Assembly: GCA_030390025.1 (NCBI GenBank)
Contig: CM059431.1
Span: forward strand, 120,778,001 to 120,842,000
Length of the DNA stretch: 64,000 nt
Reading direction: 5' to 3'
Origin: Squalus acanthias
Taxonomy: Eukaryota
The notes beneath the pieces are model-generated. The model ran no database searches and was not told where the DNA came from. It worked only from the letters and a program-made list of their open reading frames with translations. Position numbers and translations under genes: made by a program. How positions within the stretch are numbered: the first letter of the stretch is position 1; each line of letters starts with the position of its first letter. Below are positions 12,461 through 26,391 of this stretch, one piece after another.

Positions 12461-14359
12461 TTCTGGTATTAAAAATTTCCAATATCATAATATTGTATGA
12501 ATTGATCCATCTCACAAGACTGGAAAAAAACAATGCATGAATTTTGCTCCACCTGTTGTGCTGGTGAAGAAGCAACTAGCATCATGCTGCCAGGGCAAGG
12601 GAATGAAGGTAATGAGGAAATAAGTGAGCATATGCACTAAGGGAGCCGATAGGAAGGGAGATTTCTGACTCTGGATATTGCTTGGAGGCAGAGGAGGAAC
12701 AGAAAGATCTTGCAGGAACAAAATGACAAGATATCAGATACATGAAAAAGGCAGGGGAAATATAAGAGGTGCAAAAGACAGTGAAAAGCATCTCTTAGAT
12801 ACAGAGAGGGTAGGACTCATAGGAATGTATCTGAGACATATAACAGCAAAGGCAAAGGCAAAATGGAGTTACCAAGGAAACATCAGACTGTCAGGAACCT
12901 TATAACCTTACAGGATGGCGTGGGGAATTTCAGAAATATGAGGGCAGCAGGGAAGGTCATCATGTTAGAAATGGAGTGAGTAGAAAGGAGCGGGAATCTT
13001 ACAAGCATTGAATAAGCATAGGGAAAAAAGAAAGGGATAACAGATACTGAGCTGTTGAGCTGGATATTTCAGTCTGGGCTGACTAGGGTCAGCTGTTCTT
13101 ATCTAGTTAAGACAACAAATTAATTATTCTATGCTGCATTGAAAAACAAAGTAACTTGAAAGCCTTCAAATAATTATGATCCTGGCTTCATCTTCTAGCA
13201 CTGGAACACAAAATGGCTGAACTTTTAGTAAATCAAGAGAATAAATGGAATAATTTAATGTGGTGTTCATATGACAAAGCTTACACAGATTATGAAAGCT
13301 CAAAAGAAACGATTTATACAAATCGAAACACTATCAGAAAAATTTCTCCAAAGGGAAAGCCTTATTTATTTTTCCAATTAGCTTTTGCACACTTCTGTTG
13401 GAAAACGGAGCTGTTAAGCAGATAAAGTCGCATTCTTCAAGCACATTGTGCTGGAGAACACACTATCTTCCAAAATATGATTAGCCCATATGCTCTGGAT
13501 TTGCCCATTTAAATTCCCCCATCTGATTGCTATTAGTTGAGCAATGTGGCTGCCACCTGCAATCTTACAAAGCCATTTGAACAATATTCCATTTATTCTC
13601 TTGATTTACTAAAAGTTCAGCCATTTTGTGTTCCAGTGCTAGAAAATGTTTTCAGTCTGATACATTATTACCACAAAATTCTTACTTTAATTTAGAAAAT
13701 TGACCTGATAAAGAAATAAATGCACCCTTGAAACTTAAAATTATAAGTGCAGAGTGACAACAGACAAAGGAACAATAGCAGCAAACGGAGAAGAAAAAGA
13801 AATGAATGAAGGAAGGAAAGATTGAAGATGAAGCCAGGATCATAATTATTTGAAGGAATTCAAGTTACTTTGTTTTTCAATGCAGCATAGAAAGTAACTC
13901 ACTCAGGATTAGTTGACAGTTTGAGTTCTCCATCCCTTCAATCTTCTCTACTATTACAGGACAACATTTCAAAATCTATTAACATTAATGCCTGTGAAAA
14001 AACACAAACTGACTTTCCATGTGAAACGGAAGAAAAAGATTGATTTACACCACCAGATGCTCAAAATACTCATATGATTAGATTTGTATTTTCTGTTTAT
14101 TTTTCTTCTTTTTGTCTTGGCTCACTGAGATGAAAGGTTGGACAATTGAATGTTCTCTGCATGTTGTCCTCGGTGTCGAGAATGCCAGCTGCACCAACAC
14201 ACAGGACCATACCAGTAATCATACACTAGAGGGTGTAAGTGTCAGATGTTAAGGGATTCTACAGCAAATACTATCCCAATCTGCATAGAGTTTTATGGGA
14301 ATGGTAAATTTTCTGGCAAGTTATGCATGCTTTTTGCAGCATGTTCCTAAAAAAGCATA

Positions 14360-15858
14360 GGGGGGAATTTTACGGGGGAATCAGCGGCTCGATCAGTGGT
14401 GGGTCGGGTGGGAAAATGTTTTATTTTGACAGCGGGCCGCCTCGCACCTTTACCAAATGTCGGGTCTGCCAGCGCTGAGCAGACCCGACATGCAGCGGCG
14501 GGGGAGGCAATTAAAATCATTAGTGGCTTGTTTGCAGCCACTTAGCAATGCTTTTTTCCCAGCTTTTTGATTTTGACAGGTCGCCCACCAGTTTCCCACT
14601 GTACCTAGACCTCGTCTGTGAAGCTGAGGCGGGAGGTCATTGGCCATTGTTTCAGCTGATGGGTTGACAGCTTCAAATGTTAAGTCAAAGCTCCCAGCTG
14701 ATTCAGATATCTTCCCTTAGCCACTAGCTTCTCTAAACTGCCTTTCCACTACAGATTCAGAATGCTGTAAGTCTCTACACAAGTCTCCATCCAGTCTGAC
14801 CTCATTACCTGTCCCACCATTGACAGTTCGCTTCTGTCATCTCTACTTCACCTGCCATCTATTCCATCAGCATCAATACCATTTAAGCTCTCTCACCTTG
14901 GTCCTCAGAATCCCAGCACGATCAGCTCAAACACCAGCATCACCAGGCACACCACATAAAACAAATCTGCTCCACAATCAACTGAAGCTACACAGGACAC
15001 AGGGCATCAGCACCCGACCACATTTGTGCCTGGGAGGCCAGGGATGGCCTCACCATAGCCAGATTTACATCACTTGATGCTGTATACGCTGGCTGTCACA
15101 TGGTGTGCCAGGTTGGCACCACCCCACACCAACACAATTAAGCATCCCTACAATGCCCAAGCCATTCTTTTCACACTCATCACCATTGCGGGGGCTACCA
15201 TTATGTCTCACCATTCACTGCAACTCACTAAGCCACTTCCAAAGGTGCACATAAATCTGGCCAAGAACGCAAAGTGTTGAAAATAAGATTTCAATGTTTG
15301 ACACCACAGTCACAGAAACTTTACATGAACATTGCATAAAAGACCCAAGTGCCTACCCTTGTGTGTTGTTAGTTGGTATGATTGGAGTAAGATGAGGGTG
15401 AGTGTGAGGAGTAGCTAGTGAGATGGGAAAGTGATAATGTAGATAGAGAGGGATGGGTGAAGGTGCAAGGTAAGTTTGTGTGAGAAAGGATGTGCAGGGG
15501 TAGGGTAGGGAAGAGTAGGGAAGGCAGAGTGATGGGCATGTGATGAGTGGAACTGCAGGATGTGGTTGAGTGTGGATTTGCAGTAACATTTTGTGATCTA
15601 CTGAGATCATTGAAAGGTTTGTGCCACTGCAGCCTGGTCCTCCTGACGCCATCCCTGCTTGTGTCCTCCTGTGCAATGTGCAACCAGGCTGCGTTTGTCT
15701 CCTGGGGGGGTCTCTTCTGCCCATTGGAAGGGAAGAGAACCTCCCTGCATGCTGTGACTCCCTCCTTAAGCATATGGAGGGAGTGATGGGAGAGCCTGGG
15801 TGCAGCCCTGCACCTCTGTGTAGTGATTGTCAGTGTTTGCAGCACCTCAATGACACTT
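14360..15858 (-). mobile_element. Harbinger-derived non-autonomous element with Myb/SANT exon remnant
   Basis: End GGGGGAATTTTAC resembles TIRs of the other Harbingers; minus ORF 15369-15845 has EVLFPSNGQKRPPQETNAAWLHIAQE..RTRLQWHKPFNDLSR (Myb-like); similar to 50835-51385. Confidence 0.7.
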
Positions 15859-17270
15859 AAGCTTATCTAAGTAGCTGAGGTTCTTTAGGTTAGGAATCAT
15901 TCTCGTAGCTCTCATCTGAACCTGTTCCAAGGCCACTACATCACCCACCATGTGAGGGGACTAAAACTGGACACTGTACTCCAGGTACTGTCTGATCAGC
16001 GACCTGTGCAGCGACAAAATGGTGTCCTTTGATTTATATTGAATGGTTTTATTAATACAACCCAATATCATGTCAGCTTCAGCTACAGCTTCACTATATT
16101 GGTCATGAACCTTCAATGATCTGTGCACAATAACACCTAGATCTTTTTCTCTCTAAGTATTGTTCCCTGGAAATGATACACGTGTTCTGTGTTGGTCTGA
16201 CCAACATGCTTGACACTACATTTGTCCAAGTCTTTCTTTTTATTCGTTTATGGGATGTGGGCGTTGCTGGCAAGGCCAGCATTTATTGCCCATCCCTAAT
16301 TGCCCTCAAGAAGGTGGTGGTGAGCCGCCTTCTTGAACCACTGCAGCCCATATGGTGAAGGTACTCCCACAGTGCTGTTAGGTAGGGAGTTCCAGGATTT
16401 TGACCCAGCGACGATGAAGGATCGGCGATATACTTCTAAGTCAGGATGGTGTGTGACTTGGAGGGGAAATTGGAGGTGGTGGTGTTCTCATGCGCCTGCT
16501 GCCCTTGTCCTTCTAGGTGGCAGAGGTCGCGGGTTTGGGAGGTGCTGCCGAAGAAGCCTTGGCGAGTTGCTGCAGTGCATCTTGTAGATTGTACACACTG
16601 CAGCCACGGTACGCCGGTGGTGGAGAGAGTGAATGTTTAAGGTGGTGGATGGAATGCCAATCAAGCGGACTGCTTTGTCCCAGATGGTGTCTAGCTTCTT
16701 GAGTGTTGTTGGAGCAGCTCTCATCCAGGCAAGTGGAGAGTATTCCATCACACTCCTTACTTGTGCTTTGTAGATGGTGGAAAGGCTTTGGGGAGTCAGG
16801 AGGTGAGACACTCGCTGCAGAATACCCAGCCTCTGACCTGCTCTTGTAGCCACAGTATTTATGTGGCTGGTCCAATTAAGTTTCTGGTCAATGGTGACCC
16901 CCAGGATGGTGGTGGGGTATTCGACAATGGTCATGCCATTGAATGTCAAGGGGAGGTGGTTAGAAGCTCGCTTGTTGGAGATCGTCATTGTCTGGCACGT
17001 GTGTGGCCTGAATGTTACTTGCCACTTATTAGCCCAAGCCTGAATGTTTTCCAGGTCTTGCTGCATGCGGACACAGACTGCTTCATTTGATTTGCACTCC
17101 TCTACTGTCTTAACCCTTGCACAGATTTGAGTGTCATCTGCAAACTTTCTGACCATACTCACAACACCTCTGTCCAGGACATTAATAAAGACAGTGAATA
17201 GTAGCGGGCCCTCAGACCGATCCTTGGGGGACACCACTAGTAAGGTGTATCCAGGCTGTACCATATCTGT
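15859..17270 (-). mobile_element. Older CR1-like LINE interrupted at ~16232-17085
   Basis: LEYSVQF motif near 15975 and GPLLFTVFIN..KFADDT at 17086-17270. Confidence 0.6.
16232..17085 (-). mobile_element. CR1-group LINE 3' fragment (second family, poly-A-like tail)
   Basis: MQQDLENIQAWANKWQVTF..LGVTIDQKLNWTSHI..YKAQVRSVMEYS; same family as 25106-26032. Confidence 0.85.
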
Positions 17271-17813
17271 TAACTCCAACTATGCCCATTTAAATTGGAA
17301 ATCAGGGTCCTCTGACATCAATAAGACCCAAAAATGTCATTTTTGGACTGATCTAGTTGGAGAGTGTGTTGGTGGAAAACGGCGTCTGAGATGAGTGCGC
17401 ACACTTCTGATGGGAAGTTCCACGGACGCCACCTTGGTAAAGGGGTTTGTATGCGCACCTAACGACCACCGGCAGGCAGATTATGATGTCAATCAGTGTG
17501 CAACACTGATTTGATTCCAGTGCTGCTAGTTTCGAATGCCACACTCCAGGCTACACCCTGTTTTAACCTCGCACAGCTGAACACGATGTTAAATGGCATG
17601 AAGGACCCCACCCCCCCACCCCACTCGTGCTACTTAAAGGGATCATGAACTACTTACAGGTTAGTTGCTGGATTATTTATTTTGGATTCTGGTGCAATTG
17701 AGCTTTCCTATACTTGCCTAAAGTTTCAATAATCTACAGGGAGTTGTCTGGCTGGTGCCAAAGTACTTTTTTGTTGATTTAAAACTTTGTGCTGAAACAA
17801 GCTGCTTCCAGAC

Positions 17814-18794
17814 ATGGGTGGCCTGGTAGGGCTTCCTCTTGGAATTGAGCATGACTGGGAGAATGAAAAGAGGCTTCACAGAGCAGGATAAGCTGCTAGA
17901 AGAGGGAGGAGGAGGAGGGGGAGAAGGGCTCTCAGCAGAAGGCCATATCCACCGAGGGTCTGATGGGGAACAATTGTTTTACCTGAACTTCAGCGACAAC
18001 CAATGCATGAGATGTCTTCGCTTCAGTAAAGAGGTCTTGACTGAAATCTGCCAAAGGGTGCAGCCACAACTGCAACCTCAATGCAGGGCTAGGACAGCAT
18101 TCGATGTGGCTGTCAAGGTGACAGTGGCTCGTAACTTTTATGTATTTGGCTCCTTCCAGGCTGCTGCTGGAGATATAAGCAGTCTCGCAGTTTGCATACT
18201 GAGGTGCTCCATATATACAGAGACAGCTTCATCCCATTCTCTCTTGCCAGAGACAAGCAGGCAGAGCGAGCACGAGGGTTTGCATGGATTTCAGGCTTCC
18301 CCATGGTGAATGGTGCCATTGACTCCACGCATATTGCTTGTGTGCTCCTCATTTGAACTCGGCCATTTTGATGAACTGAAAGGGATTCCACTCCCTCAAT
18401 AGGCAGTTGGTGTGCGACCACAAGCAACACCTACAATGAGAGCTATGCTGCCACAAGGAACATTATAGAGCACGCCATCGGTGTCCTGAAGCAACGTTTC
18501 CGCTGCCTGGACCATGCTGGAGCAGCCCTGCAGTACTTAGCTGAGCAGGTATTAAGATTTGTGGTAGTATGGTGCATGCTGCACAACCGCGTCATGATGA
18601 AGGAATAGCGGTTGCCACCACCTATCAGGCAAGAAGCTGAGGAGTAGGAGCACGAGGGAGAGGAGGAGGAGGCGGAAGAGGAGGAACTGCAACATGAAGT
18701 GGAGGAACAGGAAGAGGAAGGGGGGCTACAACGTAGAGAGCCACTTTCTGCCAGGGCTCTATGTGATTAAATAATTAATAAACGATACCAGTAA
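17814..18794 (+). pseudogene. Harbinger DDE transposase pseudogene
   Basis: YLNFSDNQCMRCLRFSKEV, FYVFGSFQ, GAIDSTHI, KGFHSLN.QLVCD, ES.AATRNIIEHAIGVLKQRFRCL motifs across frames. Confidence 0.85.
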
Positions 18795-19696
18795 CCTCAA
18801 CCTTACCTCCCCATTCACCAACAGTCCCACGCTCCTTACCTTTCCTCTATCACTGGCGCTCACATCGTCCTCTTTCCAACAACACAAAAATAAAAACCAA
18901 CAGAGAAGGCACATTGCAATCCAAATTTATAAATTCAATCATTACATAATGCTTACCAAAATAAACTAATTACTTTTGTGCATTCCTTAGTGCCTGTCTT
19001 CCCCAGTGGCTGCAGCATAGGTGGGGGAAGGCTGCTGACCTCCAATTGAGGAGACTGCAGATGGCCTTGGAGGATGACCTCGAGCAGCTCTGGGCCTAGA
19101 AGGCCCGGCAGGTACAGCAAGCAATTAGGAAGGCAAATGGTATGTTAGCCTTTATTGCAAGGGGCAGGAGTGTAAGAGTAAGCGGCCTAGAAATTCGGTT
19201 CCGTAGCGCCTGTTGCTTGGGTACTTCGGGTGCCGAATGGGGACCAAAATGGCTTCTAAGCAGCACGCACACACTTGTGGTGCGGGCCACGCCGGATACC
19301 ATCTTGGTGAGGGCGGTAGGGTGGCCGTTAGGCGCGTACGCTAGAAGTATGGTAAGTAGGCAGATTGTGACATCAATCAGCATGCAATGCTGATTTGACG
19401 CCAGCTCTGCAATTTTCATCATCATCGCTGAAATTAACGCCCTCTCCTAACTTTGCACAGCTGAACATGTGTTCAGCATCGGGAAGGAACCCTCCACCCA
19501 TGATATTTAAAGGGATCATCACCAACTTTCAGGTAACTTGCTTTTTGATTTCTACTGGCTCTGTGTTAGATTGTGGAACTGATTGGAGATTTCTAGAGTT
19601 GTTTAAAGTTGGTGAGGTGACAGGGAGTGGTGCTGCAAGTGGAGAAGGCCTTGCTTCTGAATTCAAGGGTTCTGCTCAGACCACTTGCTCCCAGCC

Positions 19697-20733
19697 ATGG
19701 GTGCTCTAATTGTCATCCCCCTTGGCCTGCAGCATGACAGGGAGATGGAGCAGAGGCAGCAACGAAGAGGACAAGCTGCTCGCAGAGAAGGAGGGGGGGA
19801 AAGGCTCTCAACAGGAGGCATTACCCACCTAGGGTCTTCCGAGAGCAATTCTCTTACCTCAGCCTGAGCCAGGAGCAGTGTGTGAGGTGACTGTGCTTTA
19901 CGAAGGAGGTGCTCACAGAACTCTACTACCACTTGCAACCAGACCTGCAGCCTCACACCAGGGCAAGGACAGCGCTGCCAGTGGCTGTGAGGGCGACTGT
20001 AGCCCTGAATTTCTTTGCATCGGGATCCTTCCAGGCTGGAGCAGGCGACATCTGTAACATCTCCCAGTTCGCCGTCCACTGCTGCATAAGAGAGGTGACA
20101 GAAATTCTTTATGCCAGGAAAAGGGATTTCATTGTCTTCTCTCTGACCAGAGAGAAGCAGACAGAGCATGCACGTGGCTTTGCCAGGATAGCGGACTTCC
20201 TCATGGTGCAGGACACCATCGACTGCATGCACGTGGTTTTACTGGCACCGTATATAAAGGCTGAGATGTACCACAACCGCAAAGGTTACCACTCGCTGAA
20301 TGTACAGTTGGTGTGCGACCATGCTCAGGACATCATGATGGTGAATATCCAGTATCCTGGCAGCAGTCATGATGCTTTTATTCTGCACCAGTCCGCTGGT
20401 CCCTCAGTCTTTGAGCACCAAGACAAACCAGAGGGTGGCTACTGAGCAACAAGGGCTATCCCTTGACCACCTGGCTCATGACTCCCCTCCACAACCCAAC
20501 CACATGTGGGTAGCATGCTTACAACGAGAGCTGAGCTGCCACATGAAATGTCATAGAGCAGACCATTGGCATCCTTAAACAACGCTTCCGCTGCCTGGAC
20601 TGCTCTGGAGGAGCCCTACAGTACTCACCAGAGCGTGTGTCCTGATTAGTCGTGGTCTGCTGTATCCTCCACAACCTGGCTATCATGAGGGCACAGCCCT
20701 TGCCACCGGGGATACAGCCACCAGCTCAGGAGC

Positions 20734-20766
<33 letters not shown>

Positions 20767-20780
20767 CGGAAGCAGGAGAC
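19697..20780 (+). pseudogene. Harbinger DDE transposase pseudogene
   Basis: ORF 19909-20445: ALNFFASGSFQ, DTIDCMHV, NRKGYHSLNVQLVCD, YPGSSHDAFIL; later VVCCILHNL; several stops and frameshifts. Confidence 0.9.
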
Positions 20781-22545
20781 TGCAGATGGCCTTGCAGGAC
20801 GACCTCGAGGAACTCTAGGCCCAGCTTTGGACTGCACCACCTTGGCATGGGCGGCAGCAGTCTGGGCTGGTTGGCTGACAGGCAACAACAAGCGCACTGG
20901 TGGAGTGGCTGTGGTGGGAGGCCACCAGCTGTCATCCTGAGAGAGGACAGCAGGGTCGGCCTCCATGGATCCATTACCACTCCCCAGAGGCAGCGCCTCA
21001 GCAATCCCAGTAATCTGCTGGAGTACAGACTGCTGGACTGCTGTGACACCCTACAAGCCCCTTTCCACACTGGTAAACCCAGCCATGATGGCAGCAGTCT
21101 GTGCTTGCATGACTTCAGTCTGAGCTTCCATTGTAGCACTCAGACATTGGGTGGCTTGTGCTTGTGCTGCAATGGAAGCTGACACTTCAGCCATCAGGCG
21201 CTGTATGATGGTTGGATTCACAAGTGCATTAATGGATCTGCCCAGCCCTTCCCTGCTGGAAAGGTTGGGCTCCAAGCTCTGCCCAAAGCCCTGTGCAAGG
21301 CTGGAGCTGGACACCTCCATGCTCCTTGACATTGCATTCAGGCTTTCTAGCAGACCTGCCAATGCATCAAGCATTTCATTGTGCATACATATCAGCTTTC
21401 CTTTGCCGGCCACCGCATTGAGGTCCTCATCTGAGTCCTGTGCAGCAGAACTCGTGTGCGACCTCGCCCACCGGGGGAGCTGGCACCTGAGCTACCTTTC
21501 TCCCTGCCCTGGCTATAGGCCACTCATACCCAGTGTCTCACCACGTTCACATACTATCTAACTTATCCTCTAAAGTACCCACAGTGTCAGTATCTGAGCT
21601 GGTGGCTGGGAGTCTGACATCGAGTGACGGTGTTTCTTTTTCTTCTTCTGGCCTCTCCTCTCCCTCTTTTTCCTCGACCATTGGCTGGGCAGGCTGCAGT
21701 TCTTGTGTGTCTGAAATGAGGAAGGCACAAGGTTAGGGCCGTTGTGAGGGGTGGGGGTGGTGGGGTGGGAAAGCAAGAGGTGCGTGATTACACCATGTGC
21801 CAATTGTAAATCAGAAGAGATTGCGGGATGAGAGGAAAGTGAGAAGTGAGGATGAGGATAATGTATGAGGATACGAGCTTCTTGTATTCCTTCAGCCCCT
21901 CCGCTGGCCACGGGCTCAGCCATGCCCCTGGCAAGAATGGCCAGCACCGTCTCCTCCAAGGGGGTGAGTTGATGCAGACGAGTCTGTCCCCCACCGGTTA
22001 AGGTCTGCTGCCTGCGATTATGCGCCAATTTTTCCTGCAAGAGAAAGGGAAGTGTGTCAGTGAGTGTGGTGCAATGTGTTTGAGTGAAGTGCCTGTCATG
22101 GTTGAATTGCTGACACTGTGTTCAAGCTGTGAGATGTGGGTGTGAGTCTTGCCGCAGTGGTAAGTGTGTGCGGGTGAGGTGAAGCTATGAATGTGAGGTA
22201 TGAGTCGTGTTTGATAGATATCATTGTTAGGTGAGTGATGGGGTGTGGTGCACTGAGCAGTGTGTGAGGCTAGTGATGCAGATGGTGGGATATAGCATTT
22301 GAAGATGAAGTCACTGACCTTGACCACACGTGTGATGTCATTAAACTTCTTCCTGCACTATGTCCAGGTCCTTGGGGCTACACTGCTGGCATTGACCACG
22401 TTGGCTATCTGCTCCCACTGCACTCTTGTGTGATGCCCGGAGGGCCTCCTGGCCCCCTGTGGAAAGAAGTCCTCTCTCCTGGAGTTGACCTCCTGGACCA
22501 AGGCATCCATTGCTGCATTGGAGAATCTTGAGCCATTACTCAATG
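20780..22545 (-). pseudogene. Harbinger Myb/SANT-like gene (3 exons, decayed)
   Basis: RFSNAAMDALVQEV..WEQIA..VNA..PRTW.. (exon 1), EKLAHNRRQQTLTGGG (exon 2), low-complexity exon 3. Confidence 0.8.
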
Positions 22546-25105
22546 TTGTGTCTCTAATAACAGCCTTCCACCACCTGTTACAGGCAGAAGGCACCTCTCT
22601 TTTAAGAGGTGCAGACTGCCTTTAAGTAGGGCAGGCTAGCTTTAATTGGAGCTAGCCTCACACGAACTTGGGCCCCCTGCTGAGCGCCCAGCCACTCAGC
22701 AGTACGTTCAGCACTTGTCTGAATGCCGCAATCATGCAATGAAGCAGGCAGCACAAATTTTAAGTGCTGCCTGCAGTCCTCCAAATGGGCACGGGTTCCT
22801 ATTGCACTGTGATCCTCACATCCGTTTTTAGAGCTACCGAATTTCTCGGCCCTGAAGTCTTACTGCAGTTACATAGGAATTTGATGAGGCCACGTCTGGA
22901 ATACGATGTACAATTTTGGTCACCTTACCTAAGGAAGGATATATTTACCTTAGAGTGGGTGCAACAAATAATCACTAGATTGATTCCTGGGATGAGAGGG
23001 CTCTCCTATGAGGAAAAATTGAGTAGAATGAACCTAAGGAGACATTTCAACAGGATTGAGTGACGGTGTCTCTTCATCTTCACTGTGTTCTTCCTCTTCT
23101 TCCACTGACTGGGAAGGCTCCAGTTCTTGAGTATCTGAAAAGAAAAAGGGACAGGGTTGGGTTGTGGTGAAGGGAGAGGAGAAAGTAAGAAGTGCGTGCT
23201 TACACCATCTGCAGCATCTAATTCAGAAGATATTGTGGGATGCGGGAGCAGTGAGATAAGAGGAGGATTAGGTATGCAAATATTCTCATCATCTATCATT
23301 TCAGCCCAGCCAGTGGCCACGGCCTCAGTGATGCCCCTTCACACGATGGCCAGCATTGTCTCCTCCATGGGTTAAAACATGCAGGTGTGCTTGTCCTACA
23401 CCAGTTCTTTGCTGCTGCCTGCTGTTATGCACCACCTTCTCCTGCAAGTGTCCTTCAATATGTTTCGGTGATATGGCTGTCTTGGTTGAATAGTCGCCAG
23501 TGTGTGCAAGCTGTGAGCTGTGGGTGCGAGGCTTGTGTGAGGGTGAGGTAAAGCATATGAATTTTAGGGCTGAATACTGACTAATAGAGATTGCTGGTCG
23601 ATGGGTGATGGGGGTGTAAAGAATTGAGCAGTACACGAGGCTAGAGGTAGCATATGCCATTTGAAGATGAACTCACGCACCTTAACAAATTGTGTCAGAT
23701 CGTTCCTGCGCTGCATCCAGGTTCTTGGAGCAACACTCATGGCATTGACCTCCACTGCTACATGTATGCACTGCCTCCTGAGCATCTAGCTAGATGACCT
23801 CTTGCACCCCCCTATGGATACAGGACGTCTCCCGTTCTTTCTACTGCTTCCCCCAAGACCTCCAGTGGATGTATGAAAACTTTGGTGCTCCCTTTCAAAA
23901 AAACTCCCACCACAGTCTTGCAGCCACAATGTACCTCCCCTTTAAGAGGTGCAGGCTACCTTTAAGTAGCGCCAGCCACTCGCGATATTGGACCCCCTGC
24001 TGATGCGTTCAGCCAAGGAACAGCACGGGTAGCTCTGGTACCAGGGTAAAGGACATCTCTGAGAGGATGCAGAACATTTTGAGGGGGAAAGTGGAACAGC
24101 CAGAAGTTGTGGTCCATGTGGAAACCAATGACATAGTAGGAAAAGGGTTGAGGTCCTGCAGTCAGAGTTTCAGGGGCGAGGAAGGAAGTTAAAAAACAGG
24201 ACCTCAAAGGTAGTAATCTCAGCATTGCTCCCAGTACCATGTGCTAGTGAGTGTAGGAATAGTAGAGTAAAACAGGTTAACACATGGCTGGAGAAATGGT
24301 GCAGGGGCACTGGGACCAATTCTGGGGCAGGAGGGACCTGTTCAAGGTGGACGGGTTGCACCTCAACAGAGCTGGGACCAATGTCCTTGTGTGAAGGTTA
24401 AATGGTACTGTGGGGGAGGGTTTAAACTAATTTGGCAGGGGGTGGGCACCAGGATGAAACATTAGAGAGGAAAAACAAGGTGCACAGAGAACTGGGAGAG
24501 GCAAACAGCACTAGAGTAAAGAATATTTCAGAAATAGGAGGGATCAGATAGGGGACAAATGCAAAGCAGTCTAAAATGGATTGGGAGTGCATGTGCGTAA
24601 ATGTACGGAGTGTGGATAATAAGGTTGGTGCACTGCAGGCACAAGTTGCCACATGGGACTATGATATAGTGGCAATAACAGAAACCCTGGCTCAAAGAAT
24701 GGGAGGATTGGGAACTTCAGTATTCCTGGCTACAAGATTTTCAGGAAAGATATGGGGAATAAAAGGAGGGGAGGTGGCAGTATTGATCAAAATAAACTAT
24801 TATATCACAGGAGAGGGATGATGTAGTTGAGGGGTCAAAGACAGAGTCTATTTGGTTAGCAATAAGGAACAATAGAGGAGCTATTACGCTACTGGATGTA
24901 TAATATAGGCCACCAAATAGTTGGAAGGAAATAGAAGAGCAAATTTGTAGTCAAATTGCAGAAAGATGCAAGGACTACTGAGTAGTGATAATGGGGGACT
25001 TTACTTATCCTAATATAGACTGGGATAGTAACAGTGTAAAGGACAAAGAGGGGGAGGAGGTCCTAAAATGTGTACAAGAGAACCTTCTTGATCAGTGTGT
25101 TTCCA

Positions 25106-26032
25106 GCCTTATCATAAGCTCAGAAGTGGGGATGTTCGCTGATTGCACTGTGTTCAGTTCCATTCGACACTCCTCAGATAATGAAGCAGTCCATGCCACA
25201 TGCAACAACACCTGGACAACATTCAAGCTTGGGCTGATAAGTGGCAAGTAACATTCGCGCCACACAAGTGCATGACAATGATTATCTCCAACAAGAGAAC
25301 GTCTAACCATCGCCCCTTGACATTCAATAGAATTACCTCGTTGAATCCCCCACCATCAACATCCTGGGGGTTATCATTGACCAGAAACTTAACTGGACTA
25401 GCCACATAAATACTGTGGCTACAAGAGCAGGTCAGAGGTTGGGTATTCTGAGGCAAGTGACTCACCTCCTGACTCCCCAAAGCCTTTCCACCATCTACAA
25501 GGAACAAGTCAGGAGTGTAATGGAATATTCTCAACTTGCCTGGATGAGTGCAGCTCAACAACACTCAAGAAGCTCAACACCATCCAGGACAAAGCAGCGC
25601 TCTTGATTGGCACCCCATCCACCACCTTAAACATTCACTCTGCCACCACAATTGCACCGTGGCTGCAGTGTGTACCATCTACAAGATGCACTGCAGCAAC
25701 TCACCAAGGCTTCTTCAACAGCACCTCCCAAACCTGCAACCTCTACCACCCAGAAAGACAAGGACAGCAGGTACATGGTAGCACCACCATCTCCAAGTTC
25801 CCCTCCAAGTCACACACCATTCTGACTTGGAAATATATCGCCGTTCCTTCATCGTCACTGGGTCAAAATTCTGGAACACCCTCCCTAACAGCACTGTGGG
25901 AGTACCTTCACCTCACGGACTGCAGCCGTTCAAGAAGGCTGTTCACCACCACCTTCTCAAGGGCAATTAGGGATGGGCAATAAATTCTGGCCTTGCCAGT
26001 GACGCCCAGATCCTGTGAGTGCATTAAAAAAA
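25106..26032 (+). mobile_element. CR1-group LINE 3' fragment (second family) nested in CR1
   Basis: MFAD..QQHLDNIQAWADKWQV..; 3' end CACCACCTTCTCAAGGGCAATTAGGGATGGGCAATAAA then A-tail. Confidence 0.85.
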
Positions 26033-26391
26033 TTACGAGGAAGGATGCAGTGCTGGATCTAGTTCTGGGAATGAAATGGGCTAAGTGGAGCAAGTTTCAG
26101 TGGGAGAGCATTTGAGGAGCAGTGCTCATAATATCATCAGGTTTAGAATAGTCATAGACAAGGACAAGATGCAATCAAGCATAAAATACTTAACTGGAGG
26201 AGGGCTAACTTCAGTGAGGTTAAAAGGGATCTGGTCCAGATAGACTGGAATCAAAAATTGGTAGGTAAAACAGTAATTGAACAATGGGAGGCCTTCAAAG
26301 AGGAGATGGTTCAGGTACAGGGCAGACACATTCCTATGAGGGAGAAAGGAAGTGCATCCAAAGCTAGAGCTCCCTGATAACTAAAGAGATA

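Larger units (their letters stand above)
19183..22852. mobile_element. PIF/Harbinger transposon (internally deleted) nested in a CR1 fragment
   Basis: TIRs CGGCCTAGAAATTCGGT / ACCGAATTTCTCGGCCC; CR1 sequence on both sides (19108-19182 and 22853-23055) is colinear. Confidence 0.85.
17345..24020. mobile_element. Decayed PIF/Harbinger transposon (outer), interrupted by a CR1 fragment and a second Harbinger
   Basis: Transposase remnant on + (17814-18794) and Myb/SANT gene remnants on - (18970-19105 and 23060-23900); ends not resolved. Confidence 0.7.

Noticed and set aside
16488..17279. 263-aa ORF as a single RT gene
   Set aside because: Chance in-frame fusion of two different LINE fragments at ~17085
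19697..20780. Host HARBI1/NAIF1 genes
   Set aside because: Multiple decayed copies bounded by TIRs indicate transposons, not domesticated genes
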